From assembly GCF_006345805.1 (NCBI RefSeq), contig NC_043010.1, positions 37,758,001 to 37,822,000 of the forward strand: a stretch of DNA of 64,000 nucleotides, in the 5' to 3' direction. The notes under the pieces are model-generated. The model was given only the letters and a program-made list of their open reading frames with translations. It searched no databases and was not told the origin of the DNA. This stretch comes from Octopus sinensis (lineage: Eukaryota). The position numbers and the translations under genes are program-made. Below are positions 1 to 11,235 of this stretch, in pieces. The stretch's first letter is position 1. Every line of letters starts with the position of its first letter.

Positions 1-530
1 TCGCATTCCCTGTTTACTCTACCAGCATATGTGATGTAGTACTCGTCGCTGTTTGTCTCTATGTTCAGATACTTCCAACGTGTGTCGAACAATGACCTTT
101 TGTCACTGATACTTTTACATAATATATCTAATGTGTCATTAAAGTTTATGTCCGAACGTTTTCTTGGGAGTGTATAATTGCTGTATCATTCATGTTCTGT
201 TGCCGCCAGTTTTCTCAAGATTAAGTACGTTTTCATCTCGTCGTCCCAATCTTTACATTCTCTCTCGAAGATTTGCTCATATCTTCTGGAGTATGCTTCA
301 AAGGTAACTCCTTCATCAGGTTCGTATTTGAACTCTGTTATGGAGATCGAGACATATTCTGTCGAGAACACTTTTTCTGTCTTTCCTGACGACTTCAATA
401 ATTGCAGCATTTGTTGCTGTAATATTATTTGTTGTTGATGATGCTTCTGTTCTTGCTCTGGCAGTTGTATCTGCTGCTGTTGTTGTTGCTGTTTTTGCAT
501 CTCAAGCAAACTTGCCAACAAATTTTCCAT
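1..530 (-). pseudogene. Gypsy gag remnant
   Basis: ORF 186..530 (ISITEFKYEPDEGVTFEAYSRRYEQIF...LILRKL) ends at a premature TGA. Reading continues YSNYTLPRK...SLFDTRWKYL and, after a frameshift, TYAGRVNREC, typical of invertebrate Gypsy gag. Confidence 0.7.
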
Positions 531-859
531 ACTTTTACAATTTTTCGTAAAATTCGTACACCGACTTTGTGAGTTTCGTAACTTCTCTTCGAGTTTCTAT
601 TAACTCCTCTTCGAGTTTATTAATTTATCTTGCGTTGTTTAAATCCTCGCCACCATTGTTATATCCTCACAATGTTAGGATTTTAATAACATCACTTCGA
701 TATGCAGTATTCTTTGTAAAACCAGTAAAGACACGACTGTCTTTTGACCGCCTATAACGTTCTCTGCCGTACTGTCTCGTACTCTCCTATTTATAGTGAC
801 TAGGTTATTCCATTCATCACGTAGGAGGGGTGTACCACTATTACTAATTCCTTGCAACA
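1..859 (-). mobile_element. 5' end of a Ty3/Gypsy (K02A2.6-like) LTR retrotransposon: putative 5' LTR 657-859, PBS 644-655, decayed gag running off the left edge
   Basis: Segment 657-859 is bounded by TGTT...AACA. Minus-strand TGGTGGCGAGGA lies 1 nt inside the LTR end (PBS-like). A gag-like ORF follows. Confidence 0.7.
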
Positions 860-1519
860 GATTGTAATCCCGACGCTCTAACCCCTAAGCCATGGTGGTA
901 GGAAATAGAATATTTCGACAGTTAACACGAGAGAACCTTTCATATGGACTTTTGGTGCATATAAACAAGAGTGCTTATATGTACCGAAAGTTCACATACG
1001 AGTTCCTCTCATGCTAATCATTACAGTATTATGTGTTCTAACACAACATCCACTTTTAAGTGGAAATAAATATTACCTTTTGATATTAATATCCTGTCGC
1101 TATTAGTTATTAAATAAATATTTTATAGACTTGTGTTCATGCGGTACTAGAACTAATGAGATAAATGTAAGGTGATATTATTTCTCGTTGAATAACGATA
1201 AACCGATAAGAATAATATTTATTTTTAACTCAGACACGGGGGTCACGAATTTGGGTGGGTGGGGTGGAGAGAAATTAGTCGATTTTATTGATTACGGTAT
1301 TTGACTGTTACTTTATTTCATCGGCTCCGGAAAGACGGAAGATGATATTTGTACGAAGAACATTAAAGAACCGGAACTAAAACTGCAAACCATTTTGTGC
1401 GACGTGCTACCGAGTTTGCTATTCCACTGCCCACAAAACAACAATAACAACAGCAGCAACAATATTTTCTTTATTCTGTCACAAGAGCAACGGATGAGAG
1501 TACTTTACTAAATCAAGTT

Positions 1520-2171
1520 GCCAGAGACAATATGGTTTATTGTTTCTTCTCCATCTCCACATATTCTGCAGTTACTTGCTACGTTTCTTTTCATTATATG
1601 TTTTTGGTAATTTTTGGTAGGGAGGCTTCGGTCTTGTTAAAAATCCTTCAGTCTCTGCTTTGAGTCCTGAGCTTCTCAGCCAGTGTTGGGATTTTGCTTG
1701 GACTATTTCTTTCGTTTTGTTTAACCAAGTATTTGCCATGAAGGGGATTTCTTTTGCCATCGTTTTCTCATGATCTGTTGCTATTCCAGTTTTAGTTTGG
1801 ATTTCAGTTGTTGTACAGCTTTTGTTGTTTCTTCTTTTTCTTCATAGTTGTTAGGTACTATGTCTTCTTTTTGTATTTGTCAGCTTCCTTAAAGACCGAA
1901 AACAGATTTTTGTTTTGTTCGTGTTTTGTGGCTATTTGTATGAGTTTTCCTTGCTACTGAAGAAGGTATTTCTGTAGTCCTGTGGTGGTTATTTTGTAAT
2001 AGTTTTCTAGCTGTATAAGGCCTCTACCACCTTCCATATGTTGTATATATAACCTTTCTATGTCAGATTTTGGGTGGTACATCCTAAATCCTGTCATTAA
2101 TTTTATTGTTTGCCTGTCTATTTTGATTTGTTCATTTAGAGTCCAGTTAAGGATATTGTAGCTGTAACTTT
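1520..2171 (-). mobile_element. R4/Dong-like LINE internal fragment (older copy), 5' end abutting (TAA)n
   Basis: Diverged homologue of about 12900-13565 (HPKSDIERLY, GGRGL, WLRSSGLKAETEGF, CRICGDGEETINH). A TTA array follows at 2172-2263. Confidence 0.85.
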
Positions 2172-2189
2172 ATTATCATTATTATTATA

Positions 2190-2239
<50 letters not shown>

Positions 2240-2559
2240 CATTATTATTATTATTATTATTATTTGAAACCATCAAGTATAAAAGAAAAAAGTAACAAAG
2301 AAATGTTGCCTAATTAATGTAATAATTCTAACAGACAATAAAAGGAATGGAGAAATTAATAAGAAGAAAAAGAACGAGAAAGGAAAGAGATAACTAGAAT
2401 GTCCAAGTTGAAAACAGAAATATTCCTCATAATGAAAGGTGCTTTGATAATTATAAAACAAGCAAAAACTTAACAAACACATAAACAAAAACCCTGGAAC
2501 ATACATACATACATATTTATGTATGTATATTTATGTTATATATGGACATATATGCATCT

Positions 2560-2628
2560 TTCTATCTATCTGTCAATCTATCTATCGTTCTATTTATCTA
2601 TCTGTCTGTCTATCGATCTGTTTATCTG

Positions 2629-2715
<87 letters not shown>

Positions 2716-2750
2716 GTCTGTCCGTCTGTTTGTCTGTCTGTCTATCTATC
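2560..2750. repeat. (TCTA)n/(TCTG)n microsatellite
   Basis: Directly visible tetranucleotide tract. Confidence 0.95.
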
Positions 2751-2821
2751 TGTGGCCAAGTATCAATTTATTTATTAATCTACACATGTTTGCATGTGTG
2801 TATATATCTCTCTTTCTCTCT

Positions 2822-3224
2822 TTTCTCTTTTACTTGTTTCAGTCATTTGACTGCGGCCATGCTGGAGCACCGCCTTTAGTCGAGCAACTCGACCCCGGGA
2901 CTTATTCTTTGTAAGCCCAGTACTTATTCTATCGGTCTCTTTTTGCCGAACCGCTAAGTGACGGGGACATAAACACACCAGCATCGGTTGTCAAGTGATG
3001 TTGGGGGGACAAACACAGGCACACAAACATACACGCACACATATATATATATACATATATACGACGGGCTTCTTTCAGTTTCCGTCTACCAAATCCACTC
3101 ACAAGGCTTTGGTCGGCCCGAGGCTATAGTAGAAAACACTTGTCCAAGGTGCCACTCAGTGAGACTGAACCCGGAACCATGTGGCTCGTAAACAAGCTAC
3201 TTACCACACAGCAACTCCTGCGCC
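2822..3224 (-). mobile_element. tRNA-derived SINE, family A
   Basis: Reverse complement of head GGCGCAGGAGTGGCTGTGTGGTAAG...GGTTCAGTCCC, body GGGCAAGTGTCTTC..., tail GACTGAAACAAGTAAAAGAG. More than 15 related copies occur in the window. Confidence 0.85.
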
Positions 3225-3370
3225 TATATATATATATATATATATATATCAACAATCAAGGAACGGCCATAATAGGCCATTCACCCACTAGAAATAACAG
3301 CCAAAGCTTCAACCGCAAATAAAAGTCAATTCCGTAAACAGGAGAAAATTTAAAAAACATTTACCCTGTA

Positions 3371-3475
3371 ATTTCTTATACGATGCACCGTTTCATCTGC
3401 TGTTTAATGGTAAACTAACCTGATTAAATTAAATCAGCCAATCTTCCATAGGCCTCAGATTCTTCAGTAAGAAAT
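3371..3475 (-). ncRNA. Type I hammerhead ribozyme, array unit 1
   Basis: Minus strand reads stem I AUUUCUUA, CUGAAGA, stem II AUCUG/CAGAU, GAAA, stem III CGG-UGCA-UCG, cleavage triplet GUA, stem I' UAAGAAAU. Confidence 0.8.
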
Positions 3476-3860
3476 AGCCACAAGTCGGAACAGATATTTT
3501 CACGAGGCATTTCCGACCCTGCCAAGTTAATATCTGACCTAAAATTTTCAAATCATCGCACTCGCGCCAAATTTATCGGCAGCAAATAAATATAAGCCGT
3601 CGATTCCATTACGGAATTAACCAGAAAATTCATAATTAATCAATATAGGGTGGCAAAAAAAATTTTGTAGAATTTTTTTGCCACCAGCGGCCTAGTGGGA
3701 AAAAATTAAATAGTCATAGACCATTTTTAAGTTCAACATCAACAATCAAGGAACGGCCATAATAGGCCATTCACCCACTAGAAATAACAGCCAAAGCTTC
3801 AACCGCAAATAAAAGTCAATTCCGTAAACAGGAGAAAATTTAAAAAACATTTACCCTGTA

Positions 3861-3966
3861 ATTTCTTATACGATGCACCGTTTCATCTGCTGTTTAATGG
3901 TAAACTAACCTGATTAAATTAAATCAGCCAATCTTCCATAGGCCCTCAGATTCTTCAGTAAGAAAT
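3861..3966 (-). ncRNA. Type I hammerhead ribozyme, array unit 2
   Basis: Same intact core and stems as unit 1. Confidence 0.8.
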
Positions 3967-4351
3967 AGCCACAAGTCGGAACAGATATTTTCACGAGGCA
4001 TTTCCGACCCTGCCAAGTTAATATCTGACCTAAAATTTTCAAATCATCGCACTCGCGCCAAATTTATCGGCAGCAAATAAATATAAGCCGTCGATTCCAT
4101 TACGGAATTAACCAGAAAATTCATAATTAATCAATATAGGGTGGCAAAAAAAAATTTTGTAGAATTTTTTTGCCACCAGCGGCCTAGTGGGAAAAAATTA
4201 AATAGTCATAGACCATTTTTAAGTTCAACATCAACAATCAAGGAACGGCCATAATAGGCCATTCACCCACTAGAAATAACAGCCAAAGCTTCAACCGCAA
4301 ATAAAAGTCAATTCCGTAAACAGGAGAAAATTAAAAAACATTTACCCTGTA

Positions 4352-4458
4352 ATTTCTTATACGATGCACCGTTTCATCTGCTGTTTAATGGTAAACTAAC
4401 CTGATTAAATTAAATCAAGCCAATCTTCCATAGGCCCTCAGATTCTTCAGTAAGAAAT
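4352..4458 (-). ncRNA. Type I hammerhead ribozyme, array unit 3
   Basis: Same intact core and stems as unit 1. Confidence 0.8.
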
Positions 4459-4841
4459 AGCCACAAGTCGGAACAGATATTTTCAGAGGCATTTCCGACC
4501 CTGCCAAGTTAATATCTGACCTAAAATTTTCAAATCATCGCACTCGCGCCAAATTTATCGGCAGCAAATAAAATAAGCCGTCGATTCCATTACGGAATTA
4601 ACCAGAAAATTCATAATTAATCAATATAGGGTGGCAAAAAAAATTTTGTAGAATTTTTTTGCCACCAGCGGCCTAGTGGGAAAAAATTAAATAGTCATAG
4701 ACCATTTTTAAGTTCAACATCAACAATCAAGGAACGGCCATAATAGGCCATTCACCCACTAGAAATAACAGCCAAAGCTTCAACCGCAAATAAAAGTCAA
4801 TTCCGTAAACAGGAGAAAATTTAAAAAACATTTACCCTGTA

Positions 4842-4948
4842 ATTTCTTATACGATGCACCGTTTCATCTGCTGTTTAATGGTAAACTAACCTGATTAAAT
4901 TAAATCAAGCCAATCTTCCATAGGCCCTCAGATTCTTCAGTAAGAAAT
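4842..4948 (-). ncRNA. Type I hammerhead ribozyme, array unit 4
   Basis: Same intact core and stems as unit 1. Confidence 0.8.
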
Positions 4949-5332
4949 AGCCACAAGTCGGAACAGATATTTTCACGAGGCATTTACGACCCTGCCAAGT
5001 TAATATCTGACCTAAAATTTTCAAATCATCGCACTCGCGCCAAATTTATCGGCAGCAAATAAATATAAGCCGTCGATTCCATTACGGAATTAACCAGAAA
5101 ATTCATAATTAATCAATATAGGGTGGCAAAAAAAATTTTGTAGAATTTTTTTGCCACCAGCGGCCTATTGGGAAAAAATTAAATAGTCATAGACCATTTT
5201 TAAGTTCAACATCAACAATCAAGGAACGGCCATAATAGGCCATTCACCCACTAGAAAAACAGCCAAAGCTTCAACCGCAAATAAAAGTCAATTCCGTAAA
5301 CAGGAGAAAATTTAAAAAACATTTACCCTGTA

Positions 5333-5438
5333 ATTTCTTATACGATGCACCGTTTCATCTGCTGTTTAATGGTAAACTACCTGATTAAATTAAATCAAGC
5401 CAATCTTCCATAGGCCCTCAGATTCTTCAGTAAGAAAT
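5333..5438 (-). ncRNA. Type I hammerhead ribozyme, array unit 5
   Basis: Same intact core and stems as unit 1. Confidence 0.8.
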
Positions 5439-6015
5439 AGCCACAAGTCGGAACAGATATTTTCACGAGGCATTTCCGACCCTGCCAAGTTAATATCTGA
5501 CCTAAAATTTTCAAATCATCGCACTCGCGCCAAATTTATCGGCAGCAAATAAATATAAGCCGTCGATTCCATTACGGAATTAACCAGAAAATTCATAATT
5601 AATCAATATAGGGTGGCAAAAAAAAGAAATTACAGGGTAAATATTTTTTAAATTTTCTCCTATTTACGGAATTGACTTTTATTTGCGGTTGAAGCTTTGG
5701 CTGTTATTTCTAGTGGGTGAATGGCCTATTATGGCCGTTCCTTGATTGTTGATGTTGAACTTAAAAATGGTCTATGACTATTTAATTTTTTCCCAATAGG
5801 CCGCTGGTGGCAAAAAAATTCTACAAAATTTTTTTTGCCACCCTATATTGATTAATTATGAATTTTCTGGTTAATTCCGTAATGGAATCGACGGCTTATA
5901 TTTATTTGCTGCCGATAAATTTGGAGCGAGTGCGATGATTTGAAAATTTTAGGTCAGATATTAACTTGGCAGGGTCGGAAATGCCTCGTGAAAATATCTG
6001 TTCCGACTTGTGGCT

Positions 6016-6122
6016 ATTTCTTACTGAAGAATCTGAGGGCCTATGGAAGATTGGCTTGATTTAATTTAATCAGGTTAGTTTACCATTAAACAGCAGATGA
6101 AACGGTGCATCGTATAAGAAAT
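6016..6122 (+). ncRNA. Type I hammerhead ribozyme, inverted arm of the array
   Basis: Stem I 6016-6023/6115-6122 (8 bp), CUGAAGA 6024-6030, stem II 6031-6035/6094-6098, GAAA 6099-6102, GUA 6112-6114. Predicted cut is after 6114. Confidence 0.8.
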
Positions 6123-6351
6123 TACAGGGTAAATGTTTTTTAAATTTTCTCCTGTTTACGGAATTGACTTTTATTTGCGGTTGAAGCTTTGGCTGTTATT
6201 TCTAGTGGGTGAATGGCCTATTATGGCCGTTCCTTGATTGTTGATGTTGAACTTAAAAATGGTCTATGACTATTTAATTTTTTCCCACTAGGCCGCTGGT
6301 GGCAAAAAAATTCTACAAAATTTTTTTTTTTGCCACCCTATATTGATTAAT

Positions 6352-6427
<76 letters not shown>

Positions 6428-6609
6428 TTGTTCATTTCTGTGTTCCTTTCAGTGGAAGAACGCAGGCCCGAAACGTTAAAGACTTTTCACTTCCCGAGCG
6501 TTAAACTAATACATCTGTTTGTTGTCTACACCACCTGTCTTTGTCTTTTGTTTTTTTTGTGAATTCTCCCCCTATATATGTATATATATATATATTCTTT
6601 TATTCTATT

Positions 6610-6918
6610 ATTTGCTTCAGTCATTTGACTGTGGCCATGCTCGAGCACCGCCTTTAGTCAATCCGCTGCATGACGGGGACGTAAACACACCAGCATCGGT
6701 TGTCAAGCGATGTTGGGGAACAAACACAGGCATATATATATATATGTGTGTGTATACGACGGGCTTCTTTCGGCTTCCGTCGACCAAATCCACTCATAAG
6801 GCTTTGGTCGGCCCGAGGCTATAGTAGAAGACACTGCCCAAGGTGCCACGCAGTGGGACTGAACTCGGAACAATGCGGTTGGTAAGCAAGCTACTTACCA
6901 CACAGCTACTCCTGCGCC
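6610..6918 (-). mobile_element. SINE family A (internally deleted)
   Basis: Homologous to 2822-3224. Confidence 0.8.
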
Positions 6919-6921
6919 TAT

Positions 6922-6953
<32 letters not shown>

Positions 6954-7372
6954 GTAGTTTAGGACAACCAGCAAGTTGTCATAATATATGAGTGTATTGT
7001 ATTTGTTAAATGTATATGTGTGTGTGTATGTATGTATGAGTGTGCATGTGCGTGTGTGTGTGTGTGTGTATGTATGTATGAGTGTGCATGTGCGTGTGTG
7101 TGTGTGTGTGCGCGCGCTCGCGTACATGTGCGCGTGGCTAACAATTAGAAAACCGCACTACCGTACACTGTTCGATGTTACAAAGGGTGCTTTGAATACA
7201 ATGGAAAATACGTAACCAAAACAAAACACTGGATGCACTCAGTGCACATAGATGCTGCACTCGTTTGTGCAACGAAAGCAGCACAATAAACACAAGAATA
7301 AATATATACAAATTAGCATTCGAACTTGATCACAGAAAAAAAATGTCGGATATCGACAGTCGACACATTCAG

Positions 7373-7404
<32 letters not shown>

Positions 7405-7677
7405 TGTAGAAGTAGTGCAGCAGCAGCAGCAGAAGAAGAAGAAGAAGAAGAAGAAGAAGAAAAAGAAGAAGAAAAAGAAATAGAAGAAATAGTAGTGGCA
7501 TGAGTAGTAGTAGTAGTAGCAGCAGAAGAAGAAGAAGAAGAAGAAGAAAGAAGAAGAAAAAGAAGAAGAAAAAGAAATAGAAGAAATAGTAGTGGCATGA
7601 GTAGTAGTAGTAGTAGCAGCAGAAGAAGAAGAAGAAGAAGAAGAAGAAGAAAAAGAAGTAGAAGAAATAGTAGTGGC

Positions 7678-7714
<37 letters not shown>

Positions 7715-7786
7715 ACTGTGGTCGTGTTAGTGTTAGTATCAGTGACGATGTGAGTATTATAGGTAGTAGTTGCTGTGGTGGAGATT

Positions 7787-7848
<62 letters not shown>

Positions 7849-7855
7849 GGTTGTA
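7373..7855. repeat. Compound (TAG)n/(GAA)n/(CAG)n trinucleotide tract with internal block duplication
   Basis: Directly visible. The block GAAATAGAAGAAATAGTAGTGGCATGAGTAG... occurs twice. Confidence 0.9.
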
Positions 7856-8513
7856 CTAATAGGCGTGGTAGTAGTAAAGTTAGTTGTAGTTTGTTTTTTT
7901 GTGCAAGTTTAGTGCTGATCGAGCAAACCTATGATTTAAGGCGGTCCATTGATGACCATCTCATCGTATTTTCAGGATATTCCCTTCAGCTTCCAGGATC
8001 ACATTATCTGTTTTATTGGGGGTTTTTGTTGTTGTTTTTAAAAATAAATGTTAAGGTGGGATTCGAGGAAAATTTGACTGCTATTTCTTGCAAGACAGAG
8101 CTTCTACTTATAAGTTCCTCTATTTGGCTCGATAATGTACAAGGTATCACGTGAAACTCTTGAGTCCATCATCTCTAACGTGATTCGGCATAATTCAACA
8201 GATCGATTATGATATAAGAAAGAAAGGGAAGAAAGAAAGAAAGAAAGAAAAGAAAGGAAAGAAAGGGAAGAAAGAAGGAAAGATAGAAATGAAAGAAACA
8301 AATATAATTCCAATATTGATGTTCCTCGGTTTTAGTAAATTTGAATATTATTTTTCTATTCTAGAAACCCACCGGGTCATGGGTGCAGGTCACCGTTGAA
8401 GACAGTCTTTACACAGCGGACATAGGGCAAGTCATTTTGACAGAAACCTCCACCACTCTTCCTCTTACTTCTGTCCCTTTTCTCTCCCTCTTTCTCCCCA
8501 TCTCTTTCTATTT

Positions 8514-8558
<45 letters not shown>

Positions 8559-9669
8559 TCAAGTTATATTCAAAGGCCGTATTGAAATTCAACCCAGTAC
8601 CGCAAGAAGTGGAACCACTTGTGAATTTTACAATTGCGTCCTGTTCATATCACTGTCATGCTGTATCTATTTACACCCACCGTATTCAATCGTGTATAAT
8701 ACGAGAAATTTAACACGCAACATCAGTCAAAATAATTGGTGAGAGTGGAGCTAGGAGAGAACATTATCCTCGACTGAAAAACTAAAACGATAGAAAATGC
8801 AGGGAAATAAAATATCTTATTGATTTTTATGTATAAAAAGTGGGGTCGCATTATATGCGATATCGCATTGTCCTCGAATAAATACGTAAATAAATAAGTA
8901 GCAATGTTAATAGTTAAGTGTATTGTGTTTTTAACATTGGTACAATGCAGTGTCGGTGACAGGATATGAAACAGCGACCACTCAACTAATTGTCTTGTTT
9001 GGTGCGCTTTTCCTACCAATTCGGTCATTCATACAAAAACACACACGCACATTCACACACGCACGCACGCATGCACACTCCGCGCTTTTGTTAGTCAACG
9101 AGGGGACCTCTAGGTTGTTGCTCGATCGGCTAGATATCACACCCTATTATCTTAAAAGAGAAACACCAGAACGTAAACCAAGGTACATAATTCACTGACG
9201 AAGAACCTAGAGTGATCGTGATTGACCAAAACGTCCACCCGATCGAGGCCGGCTTGAGGCTCAGCAACTCACGCCACCACACCCCAACAAAACCCTCAAC
9301 AAATGGTATTTATGTTTAAGTTTATCACACCAACTCACATTTTTTACAGGAATATAGTTGAGTGAAATGACTATCTCAGTATATTACTGGGACTTATTTT
9401 ATCGATTCAGGGAGAGACGAAAACGCAAGGTGGTACTTTTTTGTTATCTCACCGCCATTAAAAAATTGCCATTAAAAAACTGGGTTATCTCCCCACTAAA
9501 AAATCAAGTTAATGTAGTGACAAAATATTGGATTAAAAGAGTTAGATCTTTTTGATTCAGTACTTCAACACATTGTTGACGTTTGGCCTCCTCAGTAGGA
9601 ATGGCATGATTTGTTATAAAAAATATTATCAGATTCAATACGGTGTTTCATCTTTTCACTTTTCATGTT

Positions 9670-9869
9670 TACTCTTTTACTTGTTCCACTCATTTGACTG
9701 CGGCCATGCTGGAGCACCGCCTTTAGTCGAGCAAATCGACCCTAGGACTTCTTCTTTGGAAGCCTAGTACTTTTACGAACCGCTAAGTTACGTGGACGTA
9801 AACACACCAGCATTGGTTGTCAAGCGATGTTGGAGGAAGGGGGGGACAAACACAGACGCCCAAACATAT

Positions 9870-9954
<85 letters not shown>

Positions 9955-10104
9955 TACGACGGTCTTCTCTTAGTTTCCGTCTACCAAATCCACTCACAAG
10001 GCTTTGGTCGGCCCGAGGCTATAGTAGAAGACACTTGCCCAAGGTGCCAAGGTGGGAATGAACCCGGAACCATGTGTTTTGTGAGCAAGCTACTTACCAC
10101 ACAG
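9670..10104 (-). mobile_element. SINE family A with expanded internal (TA)n
   Basis: Homologous to other family A copies. Confidence 0.8.
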
Positions 10105-10574
10105 CCACAAAAATATCATCAGATTCAGTAAGATGTTTAATTTTTTCAGTTTTCATGTTTATTAATATTTTCATTTTTTTTGTTGTTGTTTTATTGAGGG
10201 TTAAACAACTTTTTCGATTGAAGGAGATAACCAAAAGTACCGATATTTCTCGCAAAACGGGGGGAATAACCCAATTTTTTAATGATAAGCAAAAAATACC
10301 CGCTAAGCTAAACTTGAGGTGTTCTACATATACTTACGAATTCAGAAAGTTAAAGGTGGGAATGAAAAATCTCTGTTAAACACATATTTCGGAGTTCTAT
10401 CGCTTCTGCTACCTCGAAAGGTTCAGGTCAAAGTGGGCAACCCCTTTCTTCCCATCTGTGGTCGTTAAACGTGCTAGAAATAGAAGCAATATTTTCTTCA
10501 ATTTATTTTAAGAAAAGGACACGTTGGATACTGTAGTTCAAACTATACACTGTCTAAAAAAAAAAGGAAACTCT

Positions 10575-10963
10575 TTTATTCTTTTACTTGCTTCAGTCAT
10601 TTGACTGTGGCCTTGCTGGAGCACCACCTTTAGTCGAGCAAATCGACCCCAGGACTTATTCTTTGTAAGCCTAGTACTTATTCTATGGTCCCTTTTGCCA
10701 AACCGCTAAGTTACGGGGACGTAAACACACCAGCATCTGTTGTCAAGCGATTTTGGGGGGGACAAACACAGACACACACATACATGTATATACATATATA
10801 CGATGAGCTTCTTTCAGTTTCCGTCTACCAAATCCACTCACAAGGCTTTGGTCAGCCCGAGGCTATAGCAGAAGACACTTGCCCAAGGTGCCACGCAGTG
10901 GGAATGAACCCGGAACCATGTGTTTTGTAAGCAAGCTACTTACCGCACAGCCACTCCTGCGCC
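10575..10963 (-). mobile_element. SINE family A
   Basis: Full head-to-tail homology, ending CTCCTGCGCC. Confidence 0.85.
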
Positions 10964-11029
10964 TAGAGGAAAGGTGAAATATTGATTTGAAATTTTGGCA
11001 CAAAGCCAATGCTCAACTGATACTTATTT

Positions 11030-11157
11030 TATAGACTCCCGAAATGATGCAAGGCAAAGACGACCTCGGAAATATTTGAACTCAGAATGTAAAGACGGAC
11101 GAAATGCCACTAAGCATTTTGTCCGGTGTGCTAACGATTCTGCCGGCTCGCCGCCTT
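11030..11157 (-). mobile_element. SINE family B (head part)
   Basis: Reverse complement of GGCGGCGAGC(T/C)GGCAGAA...GAGTTCAAAT head with A/B-box-like motifs. Confidence 0.7.
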
Positions 11158-11235
11158 GGCAGGGTGAAATAAAAGGTGAATAAAAGAGATCTACTCAATC
11201 AGGTCCGACCTAGTACTAAACAATAATAAAAAGAA

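Larger units (their letters stand above)
3250..6354. repeat. ~490-bp tandem repeat array, about 4.8 units in one orientation (3250-5623) and 1.5 units inverted (5624-6354), flanked by (TA)n; retrozyme-like
   Basis: AACAATCAAGG recurs at 3251, 3741, 4233, 4722 and 5214. Units differ almost only by single-base indels or substitutions. The reverse complement resumes at 5624. Confidence 0.95.

Noticed and set aside
186-530. Poly-Q ORF as a host gene
   Set aside because: It continues into Gypsy gag motifs and lies downstream of a PBS and LTR.
3648-3700. Hairpin followed by CTAGT in the 490-bp unit as a Helitron 3' end
   Set aside because: No TC start follows in the tandem, one copy reads CTATT, array ends do not coincide with it, and the HHR explains the breakpoint better.
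9195-9240. CTGACGAAG...AAAACGTC hammerhead-like layout
   Set aside because: G12 is missing and neither stem I nor stem II pairs convincingly. At best it is an unrecognisable relic.
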